Assembly: GCA_965644265.1 (NCBI GenBank)
Contig: OZ286466.1
Location: 15,810,001 to 15,874,000, forward strand
Source: Glycera tridactyla
Taxonomy: Eukaryota
DNA: 64,000 nt
Direction: 5' to 3'
Part shown: positions 26,131-39,900 of the stretch, piece by piece
How positions within the stretch are numbered: position 1 is the stretch's first letter
Layout of the letters: each line of letters opens with the position of its first letter
Notes under the pieces: generated by a model
Databases searched by the model: none
Told to the model about the DNA's origin: nothing
Seen by the model: only the letters and a program-made list of their open reading frames with translations
Program-made: the position numbers and the translations under genes

Positions 26131-26815
26131 GGGGAGAGATTCAGTCCCTGGTGATGATATTCACCAGGCAGGCACCACATATAAAAAGCTGACGGAAGTG
26201 CAAAGGTAGATGGGCAACAAGAGAGAAGCGCGGGTCAATTCACCTCCACAGGCTCCCCAAGCAAACGTTAATAATCAATGAAAATAAAAATCTTCTAGAA
26301 AAGATTGGTTCTGTTCAGTGTTTATATGTACAATGCACAATCTGACTGCTTCTTAGCTCGACCACCCACAGCATCCTGCAGGCTGATGCCTGCCTATTAG
26401 ATATCTTTCTGCTATCTCCATCCAATCCGGTTGCCAATGGCAACGCCGTATCAATTTCACACTGACCGTCTTTGTAGTGGCTTCCCAAACGAGGTGGGGA
26501 GATGAAATAGAGAATGCTGTATTGGAGAAGAAATGTATCAAACTAATGTTGTAAACCTTCACCGATAAGGAAGTGGGGGGTAATTGTGTGTCTTAATCGC
26601 ACCTGAGAGAAGCAACCTCTCCACAATATCGGACGGAACATTTCGCATACAAGGGTTTACATAGGCTTCAAATTGTATCGGTCAAATTGTGTTTGGATGC
26701 ATTGGTTAGGGTGCGAGTACATTCCTTCATCATGAGAATCCCTGTGTTCAGGGTTTGTGAGAGAGATGTTTGCAGGGGAGAGAGCATCCAGCATCAATTG
26801 ACCAGGAACACACAG

Positions 26816-27390
26816 CATACATAACCCTAGAGTTGATACATGCCGTTGAACCCAAAACATTTATTGACCATGATCATGCAACTCGCTCTAGACAAAGACC
26901 CTTTGTAAGGGTAGACAGAGTGCGATATAAGTTATGCGAGAAAAATTTTCGTCACAGGGCGGCACGACGTTGGAATGAGTTTTTGGTCGAACATCCCGCT
27001 GCTGAAGTAATGAAACCTGCTGGGTTCAAAAATTTCATGAGAGATCTGCGACCCTGGTGGCCAGTTGTGCTGTGACTTCACATTTACACTCTATACTGTC
27101 TCTCTGTATACCACACACATCTTTCAGTGCATCTCTATCATTTCTCTGAGGTCCTGCTATTTAAATGTCATTCAATGTCATCCAAAAGTGCATATACTCA
27201 GTCTCGACAAATGCATCACCCTTTCACCAACTCATTTCATTATCATTTCGCCTGATATCACATCATCTTGTCATTTGTATATAGTTCATGTTGTGGGATA
27301 TTTGAATATTTGTCGCGCCACTTATCGTCAACCTGGAGAGGAACACCTGTTTTATGTGTTTAACTGTATTTGACGAACATAAATAAAAGT
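26816..27390 (+). mobile_element. 3' fragment of a CR1/L2-like LINE (ORF2 C-terminus + 3'UTR)
   Basis: HDHATRS..NFRHRAARRWNEF..GFKNFM matches the HxYxTRS..SFxxRAxxxWNxL..SxxxFK C-terminal pattern. AATAAA near 27383. Confidence 0.7.
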
Positions 27391-29055
27391 TTCAGAATCA
27401 AAATCAAAACAAATGAACAATTCATGAGAACTCGTGAATTACTGGATTTACAGATTTCAGATTCCAATTCAAATCGTTTTCATTCCTATATCTATCCAAG
27501 TTGTACATTCAGGATCTTTCGGAACAAATGCATGATCATCGCCAGACATGGTATCATCTCAATATCAATATAAAAATATATTGGCCCCCTGAATGCCTGC
27601 TAATTTCATGGAGCTTGAACTCTGCTCATGCGACTGATGGAAGAGGTTTGATGATCACATACTGTACCCATTGAATTTTCATCCCCGAATGACCCTCGTG
27701 ACAAAACGATGAACAAGCGAGAAGAAACAACGATATTACTGCAGTTTCCTCGCCGAGAGTGAAAAGGGTGAATCACGGAGAAGGTTGGATGTTGATCATG
27801 AGATGTTGTTAGAGATAGAGAGAAGGATTGAATGTAATGGTTGCTAGGCGAGGGTACTTGAACCTGCTCTTTCATCAAGGCACTTCGCCGTGGGAAGATT
27901 CCCAAGAGCTAATTACCGGATACATACCAGTGTACAGGGGGTATGCTTCACTTAGAGAGCTGGTGAANNNNNNNNNNNNNNNNNNNNNNNNNNNNNNNNN
28001 NNNNNNNNNNNNNNNNNNNNNNNNNNNNNNNNNNNNNNNNNNNNNNNNNNNNNNNNNNNNNNNNNNNNNNNNNNNNNNNNNNNNNNNNNNNNNNNNNNNN
28101 NNNNNNNNNNNNNNNNNNNNNNNNNNNNNNNNNNNNNNNNNNNNNNNNNNNNNNNNNNNNNNNNNNNNNNNNNNNNNNNNNNNNNNNNNNNNNNNNNNNN
28201 NNNNNNNNNNNNNNNNNNNNNNNNNNNNNNNNNNNNNNNNNNNNNNNNNNNNNNNNGACAAAACATCATAGTGTTCATTTGGGACGATATCCATGGGTGT
28301 GAGATAGTAAGTGTGGGTACAAGAAAGGAACACTGACGCCTAATTTTGGAGATTTGGAAGAGACTTGAAATGAAGCCCGCTATTCATATTCTGCGTTATT
28401 AGTGCTGGTGGTCGTTAACAACACGCAATCTGACGTTTATGACCACACACTAATGCAAATCATTTGAATGCACATCGCACTGGCAGCCATCATGATCGAT
28501 GGAAAGCAATCCAAATACGGAGATGGAATATTGAATCAACGATCACACTAGTAAAACTGTTGGTAACGTTTCGCAGGGCTGCCATATACATCGGCAAATC
28601 AGCTATAGCTGATGCAATTTCTTTAAATGGATCATCACTAATGGCGCATGGATTGTGGTGGTGGTGTTGGTGGTGGTGCAGGTGGTGGTTGTAGTGGTGG
28701 CGATGGTGGAGGTGTTTTATTATGGATAAACACTTACTGCGAAGGTATTTTGGTGAAGAAAATGTGAAGAAAATTGGCTTGGGAATACCAAATATTTCTT
28801 GTTTTGATGTAGCGCTGCAATTAAATGTTTTCTCTCCACGAATGCTCCCTGAGATGCAGGAAAGAATTGTTATTTCGCGTAGATCATTCGCCGAAATTCT
28901 GTTGATAATATTTAGGTTCTACACCAGCTATACATATTCAGTGAGTGTTAGAATAGGTGTAGTAGTTCACAGTCCTTTAATCTCATAAAGTTCCTCCATC
29001 TTCACTAAAATTACATGCCTGTTCAAGCTAGAGCCTTTGTCCCCTCTCTTTGAAG

Positions 29056-29127
29056 CGTTCAGCCACAAGTACGGGACTAACTGCACGAGCCGAGTACTCT
29101 GCGTCCGCCATCTCTACTTCCATCCAG
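29056..29127 (+). CDS. Candidate exon (FSHKYGTNCTSRVLCVRHLYFHP or RSATSTGLTARAEYSASAISTSIQ)
   Basis: ctctctttgaAG acceptor, CAG|GTACCT donor, 72 nt. Confidence 0.2.
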
Positions 29128-30780
29128 GTACCTGGACACATCCGGGTGAAGTAGTGGATTGCAGATATCTCACTTAGTTACCTCCACGAAAAAGAGTCGT
29201 AGAGATATCACACGTCCAGTTCGAATGATGAGCATGAGATTTTTTTTTTTCGGAATATTCACGCTCCATCTATATGATATCACAGATGGGTCCACTTTCA
29301 ATTTGATCTGTCATCACTACCTTTGACACAACCTTCTTCGTCCTGAGTTGCGTGGATATCCAAAAATCTAAACTAGTATCCCTTGCACACACGCAGCGTA
29401 CAAACCATTGCCATGGAAACCGAAATAGTTTTTAAATGTGAGCGATATTGGGTATAATTTATGTCAACAAGGCTGCCATTCTTATTGGGCAATGTAAATA
29501 CGCTGAGAACGAGCTACTGGAGCGGGGAAGCTAAGATACCTTAGCTGGAACTGTCTTTGGCATTCCCAATACTACTGTCATGTCTGGTCCTACAACGGAG
29601 CATCTCTCTCCAAGTGAACACGACATTAGGAGAGGGAGCTTAGGCAATTTCCGCGAACAAACCATTGGATTTTCAACGTATATTCTGCCCCGATAGTGAC
29701 GGTGATCGCTGAAGAAATTATGGGATGAAGGCAGTGAATTCCACCCTGTTGTGTTGTATCTGTGTATGGTGCAAAGAACATCATGGTACAAGCCGCGTCT
29801 AGACGCCATTGATGGTCAATACCTTCACAATGAGACAGCACAAAAGAGTCTGGCGGCCTGAAAAGAGCGATTCCATTGAAAGAGGAACTAGACAGACTGT
29901 CTAGAATAGAATTACTTTTGGGTGGAATTTGAACTGCCTAGAATACGATGAGTTTTAAGAGGAGTTTTGGACTACACAGACAGTCTAGAATAGAATGACT
30001 CTTGAGTGTAATTCTGACTATGGATAGCCCAAACCAAGGATACAGGGAATGAGAAGGTAAGACCCTTCACCCCCCCCCCCATACACACATACAACCACAC
30101 CCTCACACACGTACAACAAGGGATACAAAAACATAATACAATATGAGTGCACGGGATATCTAGCACAAACCCACAACAAGTATAGCATCGAGAATATGTT
30201 GAAGATGATCGGTATAGAGAAGTTGCATGTTACTTCAAGGAATAATACAAATTCTGCTAATTTCTTTTGAATATATCATATTGAAGTGCTTCTGCTTCAG
30301 TGTAGAATGGGTCGCAGGACACTTTCTGATGAATATGCTTCAAATCGATTTCTTCCGAATCGATCATCGCATATGGTTACTTGAGTAATTGATTGATCAG
30401 TTGCCTCGCCAGCAGACACCACTCTCGTCAATCGTGAAAACAGGATGGTGGACTATCTGAAAGATTCAGGGTCGAAGTAAATGATACACGTAATTTCCTG
30501 GAGATGCATATGAGTCAATAGTCATCAATGATCACATGGTTTCCAAAAAGGTTGATCGCCTTGGTAAAGTCCTGTGAGGTATTTTGGCTGATTTTGGACT
30601 TATCTCCTGGCATACAAAGCCATTGGCAACGTATTAAAGTGGGAGGGCACCAGCAGTTTGTTGAAACGATTTATATGTACTTCAGTGAAGCGTGCCCTCA
30701 CCATTTATCATGGCAGAAACGATTTACAGGTACTCTGTGATAAATCATGTTTAATGGCGCCTAGTGGCGTTGGCCACTAT

Positions 30781-30835
30781 CGGCCGCTAGGTGGCGTAAG
30801 GTGTTAACCCTCGCTGCTCTCACTAGGTGGCGGTT
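30781..30835 (+). promoter_or_regulatory. Pair of CTCF-like motifs
   Basis: CGGCCGCTAGGTGGCGTAA (30781-30799) and CTCTCACTAGGTGGCGGTT (30817-30835) versus consensus TGGCCASYAGRKGGCRS. Confidence 0.5.
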
Positions 30836-30994
30836 CGCGGGTGGCTCGTGAATGGCGGATCGTTGTAATTGATAGGCATCAGGTTAATGCACTAAGCCCT
30901 GACCTCTTCCTTCTTCGACAGTATCACAACCATTCGCCGATTCAAAGAGAAAACAATCCAAGTGCAAATCATCTATTTTTGAACATAGGTAACG

Positions 30995-31200
30995 GATGGT
31001 TCTTGGTAGGGGAAAAATGGTTCTTGTGCATAGCGAGAGGGTTGTTCTCGGGTATGGGGAAGAAATTGCTCTTGGGTATTAGAAAGTGATGGTTCATGGG
31101 GATAGGGAATAGATGGTTCCCGGGTATAGAGGACAGTTGGTTCTCGGGTATAAGGATAGTGATGTCATCGAGTACAGGAAAGACATGATTCTTGAGTATT
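30995..31200. repeat. Degenerate ~24-bp minisatellite (about 9 units, tggttctcgggtataggga-like)
   Basis: Recurrent (a/t)tggttc(t/c)(t/c)gggtat cores at ~24-nt spacing. Confidence 0.7.
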
Positions 31201-33451
31201 CATAAGTCGTGATGTCAACCACAGATAATGCCATTCTGATTAGCATATACTAGAAGGTTTGACCTGACTCATGCGTCTGGCCAATGATGTATAAAACACA
31301 TTCCCGTCCATCCATCCATCCACCAATGTATCAATCAGCCTATCCCATCGTTCATCCATCCACGCGTGTATGCATCCGTCCCTCCTGTGCTTTTTGACCA
31401 GAGCGAGTAGCATCAATTTGTCGAAGCCTTTTTGTTGTATGAATTTCACAAAGGCTTCGAAACTCATCAGTCTGGTAGGACTGTATCTATATTCAAACGA
31501 GGGGCGGAACTGTTCGGAACGCATATGAGAAGCACTGCACTTCATATATAATGTTACAATCATGTGTGTCTAGATTCAGATATCCACCAAATGCCATCGG
31601 TCCTTACTGCTGTCCAATTCTATATCCGCTCTGCGAATATTCTCTGCCTTCTCACGCTAATATGATCACTTATATGTTGAGTATTGGATTGAATCTCAGA
31701 TTTTCAAATTGTGGAATACAGATTCCATGTTATCCTTGTGAGACATGTTCGGAGAAAAGGAGGCAGTACAATCCAATTCATCATCTGTCCTGAGTCGCTG
31801 GATCCTTCCGATCCCTTCGCAGTGGGAGCGGGCATGCAGAATAGCGGGTTGCTGAGAAATTCACCAGAGAATGTTACCATGGTGACAGCATCCCTCCATC
31901 CCTAATGTAGTTTTGATGTACACAGTCTTCATCCATCATGAGGGGAGATGTTACCTTCTGTACAATTATATCCTCGCTGAGAACCATGGCAGTTTGCTGG
32001 ATACTTTGATGTATTTCACCTTCAAGGAAATTGGCTCTCTTAGGCTGGAGAAGTACAGTAATGTAAGAGGTGAGGGACTCCTGGTCGGCAGCTAGTGAGT
32101 GTTTGAATGTGTCATTCCATAGATTTCAGTCAATAGCAGGCGCTTGACGAATGATGACCTGCAGCATCTATGGGAAGTATTGGGAATGAGCTGTAGGAGT
32201 GAAGGTGAGATCAGAAATAAACTGTAGTAGTGGCGGGGTGATTGGGAATGAGCTGCAGGAGTTATACTGAAATTGACAATAATGAGCAAATTTAAGGAAG
32301 CACACAAAAAATTATGTAGAATTACAAAAGTTGTGCAAAAGAAATAAATGCGAGAGAGGGGCGAAACTTCATTTGAAGAATGATTGCATAAATGGAAGAA
32401 TTGTAGATGATTTGTGGATTCAAGCAAAAATCAAACTGCAGTAACTCATATAAATGATGAAGGAAATGCAATGACCTTTCTCATACCGCAGGGGTGAATC
32501 TGATCAAGTACTGCCTGCAGGTGATCAACAAACTGCAGTAGACACCTGCAGGATATAAGTCGGCACCAGTGTAATCAGATAGTATCAATTTCACACAAAA
32601 GCTGCAGAGAAGGACGATGGCCTGATGCTCACATCATAGTTTATGCAACGCAAAAATGCAGCTACAACAAAGCCAATTTGGCTACCGTGTGGTTGTCTGT
32701 ATGTCTGTTTGATTGTTTCACGTTCCATTTGCACTATATGGATTATGTTGAGAGACACTCTTGTGATAGTCATGAGAAGGATCGGACAAGATTCCACCTC
32801 GCAAATTCACATGATAAAAATGAAGCTATCACGAAACCCGGGTATGTTACTGACCAAGAAAAGACACCCGAATCCATCTTTTTCCTGCGAAATGTGGTGA
32901 TTCGATGAAGTTCTGTTGACCCCACCACGCAGATCATGGCCGAGAGATTCACACGCAAATATCCAATCTTGTACAGCAACCAGTTCAACTGACTCGATGT
33001 CATTTCATATCAAGTTAGGTGTTACGGCTCACTCCTGATTTCAATAATGATACTTGAAAGTTTGCACATATTTTTAATCTCATGTGGGAATAAGATATTG
33101 TGAAAGGAGCCCTGGTCAATTTACAGATAATTGACATTGACTGAGGGGAACGGAAATGGAATTAAGTGGCGAAGGACTCACTTTGGTCTCTATCAGTGAA
33201 TTGCAGCTCGCCCCACCTTCATGTCAAGGGAGCCACAACCAATCGAGGGGCCTAACTCTACATTTACAATAGACTTTCTCTTCATTCATTCAAATTGGCA
33301 AAGATACACTCAATTGTTAGTGTAACCAGTGAAAGTCATGGGATATTACCCTCAGCAAAATGTATAGCCCAGTTGTCGTTTAGTATAAAGTAATCATACT
33401 GATTGACAAGGTCCGACATCCCGGAAGTTGGTCGTTTTGTAAATATCACAG

Positions 33452-33513
33452 GAATTAACCAGCTTGATTTCCAGTTGTTGGTGGGGAATCATAGGAGCCG
33501 AGACAGTCTGACT
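33452..33513 (+). CDS. Candidate exon (INQLDFQLLVGNHRSRDSLT)
   Basis: ttttgtaaatatcacAG acceptor, GTGAGT donor, open in phase 1-0. Confidence 0.18.
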
Positions 33514-34326
33514 GTGAGTTCAGTCTTCAACATTCATCTGAGATTTCTTAGAGACCCTAATCCTGGAGATCTCCCTCGAAAATCTCCGAATATTTTCCCA
33601 TGCTTGGGAGATGTCACATTGAAGGTTTTCTAAATTGTCGAAGACGATGACGGTTTTCAATGCTGGGATAAGGAACATGAATATATTGATACTCAAGCCC
33701 ACTTCGGAATAATTACTGATGGATAAGCTGTACTTTGATTTCATGTCTGACTCATTGAATATACCGATACATATAATGACGACTATGTAGCATATGCTAG
33801 AATGGATTCTTCCTCACCCAATTCGAGTGAGCATCTTGGTTTAGGATTTGCCATTTGCAAAGGTTACGGTATTCAATATATACATGCGTTATCTTGATTG
33901 AGCTACACACCAACATCCTGCAACCAACACATAAATGTCCTTCATCTACTTTCCCACCGAGTAGAGCATATCTGTGTATCTGATAGATGAGTTAAGCACC
34001 CCCTCGAAGCTCGATTCAATGTGGTTGGCCTTTCCCTGTTGAACACATGTTTGAAAAACCGGCAGATAATGCAGCAAGTTGTGTGGGGGTTGGGAGGTTG
34101 TTTTCGTTGGCGTGTGGGGATGTACATCATGTCCATGGAATGATAACAAGTGACAGATGAGTACACTACCACGAGCTGGCCTGGCGCCCAGCATCCAGGG
34201 ATACTTTCACTAAAATGAAGAAACATTCAGAATTCCTGCAGGTGCTTCCACTGCTGTTTTTCAAGACAGTTATCCTCACCGGATATGTATAATACGAGCT
34301 CGTGAGATATCTTCATGATTGTGAAA

Positions 34327-34345
34327 TGTGCCCCCTGCTGGCCAG
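34327..34345 (-). promoter_or_regulatory. Near-perfect CTCF motif
   Basis: Minus strand reads CTGGCCAGCAGGGGGCACA. Confidence 0.55.
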
Positions 34346-35295
34346 ACAATATGCACCTGTTCAACTTAATAACGACGCCACTGTGTCAATAGCGGTTACA
34401 GTCTATCCATGGGGAGATGGGACTCCGGGCTGGAGGTCCGCCTCCCTCAGGACAGCTAGCAATTAAGATGAATTACGATACTCCCCCATCTAGTGACACA
34501 TAGATAATGTGCATATTCTCAGAAAATGCACAATATTCATATGTTACATAAAAATATTGAATATGTACAGCTGATATCTGATAATGACTGTGTACAACTG
34601 ATAATAAACCTTCAATATGCTAATATATACAAATTATATAAAACAACAAAGCATTGTTTGTGGTCATGGAATCAACAAAGAATTCATCTGTCAAATCTAT
34701 CTGTCTATGAAAAAGGTATGAGAACATGTGATACCCTTGCTCAAGTACCCATTTCATGAGTTACATCCATTGCCCTTGAGCTTCTAGGAGGGACACAGAA
34801 AATTATAAACTTTTTTCTTAATGTATGAATTTGTTCTTGATGACAAGAGATCATCCTGGACATATCTCTCTTGTCGAAATCGAGTTTACAGCAGCAATGC
34901 TGTTCGTCTTCAGGGGATTTGAACCTAGCTATATTGAGCATGTAGCTATGAGCAGCGCCTCAGAATTGCATGATATTTGTCACATTGACCGGCCTAGTGA
35001 TGACAGATCTATAGCAGGGACGTTCTCTCATTCCCATCTCAATTATGATTTGTAAATGATGAGTTGGGAGAACACTGAGATAATGATGGGTTATCGGAGA
35101 GATGCGTGATTGATGAGGGATGATCCATCATAAACTAAGGTCATCATTAGGGATGAGGGAGATGGGTCTTTATCATCATGGAATCCATCTATGTGATGTC
35201 ACCCCCATCATAAGGTAAAGTGGCTTCTCAATATATTTCCCGACATGAAAACGATCAATGCAGGTGACATCTGGTTGTTTTTCATTGTAATTGTA

Positions 35296-36620
35296 TAATT
35301 AACAATTAACAATTAACAATTCTTTATTTACAAGTCATAAGCATTATATACATTGATCATTCATCGACGTTCATTTCATACATTGTGCAAATTACATAAT
35401 CAGGGTCATGGTATTTTCGTATGATTCAGCTTCGCATTCAGTGATTCAAAATTCAATAGTTGTGTAATGTATGTACATGATCAGGCTCCCGGCTCCTGAC
35501 GGGCCTATCTGACTCGATGTCTCTCTTGATTATCACCGAGACATAGGTGTAAGTTGTTTAACTTCAATTACATTCATATACATATACATAATATCCGGAA
35601 TTTGGTTGTTTCATTACGGGTGTTTTGTTCGTCACTCAACATAGAAGATAATATATAAGCTATACAAATATTCAACACTTTTCCTATGTACACAAGTATC
35701 AGGCATATAGATTGACGGTTAAAATATATCTTATCATAGTAGTAATAATATTCGAATTCATGGGAAGAGGATCTTGCGTCTAGTCATAAATTGGTTCTCC
35801 AAAAATCGGCCAAAGTATTTAATGTTGTTCCCTGGGCACATAACTTTCATTTTTGGCAGGTTTTGCAGGTCATTCATGTTTTCGGGGAGGCTCATCATAT
35901 CGTTCATGTTCAGTTTCGTGTGTGCATATGCATTACAGTCAAAAACAAAGTCGGCCTCATCTTCAACCTCTCCATTTTTACAAATGTTACACAATCTCTC
36001 TTCAGGTTTCTTGCCTACATATCCACCAACTTCAATCTCGAGTGGAAGGATTCCGCAGAGGAATTTTGCCATTATGCTTCGTTGATTTCAGGTTAGGTTG
36101 TTCATTACAAGGTTTGTAAGCCTTTCAAAGTCTTTGATTGCCATATATGTGCGAAGTTTCGGTTTTCCCTCTGCGGCTTCCTTCCACTCTTTGCGTGACT
36201 TTTCATGTAGTGTTATTCTCAGGTCATCAACATTCATAAGTATACAGTTTGGATCTGTGTCTGGAATCCCAATCTCTTGACAAATTTTATCAATATCTCC
36301 CTGCCACCCTGGACTACCCATCGCCCTGTCCCACAGATACAGTATCTTCGGCCACCTCTCCTACTTCATTTTGGCCAGCCTGTTCCGGTATCTCACCATT
36401 TCTGTCCATCTGTGATAAACAATAGGAAGCAAGTCCATTTCAAGGTGTGTAGCGGCCAGGGGTGCAAACCTATGAACCCCCAGATAAAATCAAGCAATCC
36501 TATTTTGTAGTATCTGAGGTGCATCAAAATCACGAAATCCCCATACTGCTGCGCCATGACAGGCCACAGGAAGAACATATGTGTCATACAGTGTACAATA
36601 TGTGTAGTTACCCATATATA
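35296..36620 (-). mobile_element. Decayed, 5'-truncated RTEX-like LINE (same clade as 459-3947, different family)
   Basis: KPKLRTY and NLT*NQRSIMAKFLCGILPLEIEVGGY..EERLCNIC..EVEDEADFVFDC align with KPKLRTS and NLDRQARSTIIKFKCEVLPLLIETGRF..DERVCQIC..QVEDEMHFLLHC of copy 1. Stops and frameshifts present. AATAAA (tttatt at 35323-35328) followed by a (TTGTTAA)3 tail. Confidence 0.88.
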
Positions 36621-36629
36621 TTGCTGCCC

Positions 36630-36980
36630 ATGACCATGACCATCACCTCCAGCACTAGCAAAATCACCACCACCACATTAACCACCATCATCACCACCAC
36701 CACCATCCCACAATTACCAGTACCACCACCTCTCCATCACCCACCTGAAACCTCACAATTGCCATTTCAACTACCATCATCATAACCACAGTCACCACCA
36801 TCACCACCACTCCACCAACCATCAGCACTACAAACACCAGCACTAACATCACCACCACAAACATTACCACTATTACCTCAATCACCAGCACCACCAGAAC
36901 CACTACTACCACCACTGATACCAACAGCAACACCACCATCGTCACCACCACCATTAACATAACCACGAGTAACGCCAATA
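36630..36980. repeat. ACC-rich degenerate trinucleotide tract
   Basis: Direct reading. Confidence 0.9.
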
Positions 36981-39900
36981 AATAACGGCACCAATACCAT
37001 GCACTGACATCTGATGAGCATCAACGACATCAATATGGGTATGTGTCAGGCCCAATGTTATGTACGTATGCACTGAGGTAATCACATATATGTATCACAC
37101 CTGAGCCAGCTCCGCACGTGATGTTGATGTCCATATATTCATCACATGATGTCACCACTAATCACAGTATGATGTGTATATACACCTGAGCACGTGTACA
37201 CACAACATCTGCTCATCAGCAGCCACATATTTGTGTGCTCACATTGATTTCTCAGCTCCCATGTTTACATGTGCCTCGCACTTTGACAAGGCTGCGAGCA
37301 GTTATGCTGTTGTTATAGCTGTGGCTTCGTGAATTCCCCGTCCTCGTACTGCCATACCGCCCCGTTGGGTTAAATCCAGGCATTCAAGTGAGATGCATGA
37401 GTGGGAATAATTCAGAACTCATCCTCCCAGGTTTCAAGTGCAAGGTGTAACGAAATGAAAATCAAGGACGCATGAGATAAATGTTCCTGCAATGATGCAT
37501 ATGGAGGTATACTTTTTTTGGGTTATTCTCATCTAATCATTTTCCGATTATCTTCGAAAAAAAGGATCAGTACAGCTAGGGTGTAGCGCCAATTATAAAT
37601 CTGATCCACTCAATATCTGACGGTGAATGGAATTGACAGCTTGGTGTGGATGGAAGTTGGTCTGGTAGCGGAAATGACTGTGATGGGATATTGATTGATG
37701 GATTGACTGATGGCTTGATTACTGTTGATGGATGATAGGTAATCACATCTAGAACATGTCAATACTGACGAATCGAACCCAGCCCACGCCCCTTCAACTA
37801 CCGTGCAGAAGACTAAAATTGGTTTGATATAACATGTCATTCTCGAGACAAAGTTAATCTTAATCTATATTTCGTCTGTAAATCGAGGATATACTTGGAA
37901 GAAGACTAGATTAAAGCCTTTAATCACCTTTAATAGGCATCTCAGGACCGCATCTTCATCTGTATCAGTGTACAGGTTCAATGAGGATTTTGATTTGAGT
38001 CATCATATGTAATTTTGAAACAAGTGGTTACCAAAAGTAGTAACCATTTTGATTATACGTATTTGGGAAAATGTAAATTGAGTATCCGAATCACTCATTT
38101 GATATCCGCATGCGGGTCGGTGGGCTTTTTCCTGTAGTGAACCACCATGCATAAAGAAATCTCCAGCGCGCTTCGTGAAAGATACATTTCAAAACTTCAC
38201 TATCAATTCCAATTATTTCAAAGCCATACTGGAGATGCAATTCTCACATTAAGTGAGATGACACTATCGGACCTGGAGAAGTACATGTCCTAAATCCGGA
38301 GATTCTTTGCGAATCAGCAACTTTGCGGTGTTCGCGAACCAACACCTTTGCGATGAGGAATTTTATTACGTAGCATTGAAAAGATAGGTGATAGATTTAG
38401 AGGCATATTATCTGGCTGGCCTATTCGGTGTGTATGGCTCCCGTCTGGTGATATTTACCAGAACAAATATGATCTAGCCAGCTGTATATAATGTCTCTAC
38501 TGGCGCTCTTTCAACGGAACGACGCTATAAATTACATATACATACATACGCAGAACCGACTTATGTGATATATTGCCAACCCGTCTCTGTTCTTCACCAT
38601 ACTATGAGGCATACATTATTCTCTTCATTGGTACATAGCGTTGACCCCCATCACACTAAACATTCACGAAGTACACACCAGAAGTAAAGAGAAAAATGTG
38701 ATCCTCCCCTAGAGACAGCCACATGAACTTTCATCTGACAATATTTCGAGTCGACGCACTGTACTGAGGAATAAGCACCACGAAGATATGAAAAGTAACA
38801 AATCTTCACATGCATTCGAACCACATCTCAGAATACAAATCCACTTCTAGATATTGCTACATCCCCCTCTAATTCAGTCACTAGCATCTACGTGTTATAT
38901 TCTACTGTATATATTTAGTTCATATATGATTGTGAATAGTGTACATACCGTCTTGTGTTATCGGCTTCTTGGATCACATATGGTTCATGGATAATGTTTA
39001 TTGTTCAGTTTGAGAGAAAATGAATGAATTCCTAAAATTGAAAAGAAACACACGGTGCCTGCAAAGGACTGAGTCCAAAGATGCAGTCATCCATTAGCTA
39101 TATTAACCCTTAATGTTGTATGACGTCGGGTAAGGGTTCCAGAAAAGACGGGTAACCCGACTCTACAGAACTATAGGACTCATAACGAATATTGCACATT
39201 CTGATGAATTCCTATATGCTTCACATGTGCAGAAACTTCCTTTCACTTTCCCACTTTTTCAGAATAGTATTGCAGTATCATGCCATACGCTTTTACTTAT
39301 ACTTGACATTGGTACTCGTCGGGGAATGGCCCATCCAAACCATATTTCACTTTGTTATGAGGTGTGTCCATGAACTTTCCACTATTCGAATAGATAACTG
39401 GGAGAAACCCATACAAAGACGACATTGGTACCACCGTTCGAGTCTTGTTCTGTCTCCAAACTGGTGTTGAACCTTCTGGAAGACATTGTTGGCAAAGTAG
39501 AGTCGGAGAGACTGTAGAACAGCTGACTTTCCAGGCTGCAGATATTTCACCCTCGCCCTTCAGGTGGGAGGCATGTTATGATACATTCCACGAGCGTCAG
39601 CGTACCATGTGTTCCCCGGGAATGCTGAGTGAAAATACACGAGACGATTTGATGTTACACTTATTTCATCATCCCGCTATTTCCACTTATTGGGCTTTCA
39701 ACAATGTCTATGAAAATGACCATCGACAAAACCCTTCCTGTACACTGGAAGCCTATGTAGAAAGGTGATTCATCACTAAAGATGCCATAGCAGACACCTA
39801 TTGCGATGACCTTTCAGGCGCATGAACTTTGCACAGATTAGACAGTATACTTATGTAGTCATAAATTATGTTCACTTTGCGACTAAGGAAATAGTTGCCA

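Noticed and set aside
8071-26857. 42-bp dispersed inverted repeat (8071-8112 and 26816-26857) as a novel short element or TIR pair
   Set aside because: Both copies translate as the same LINE ORF2 segment and one is contiguous with a CR1/L2-like fragment.
29854-29869. Histone 3' stem-loop-like CGCTCTTTTCAGGCCG (minus strand)
   Set aside because: The stem has a C-C mismatch, the invariant GG start is missing and there is no histone ORF upstream.
31395-31480. Hammerhead ribozyme or SECIS on the minus strand (CTGATGA + long stem)
   Set aside because: No GAAA after stem II and no proper stem III. For SECIS, the AAA is about 18 nt from the ATGA quartet, which is too far.
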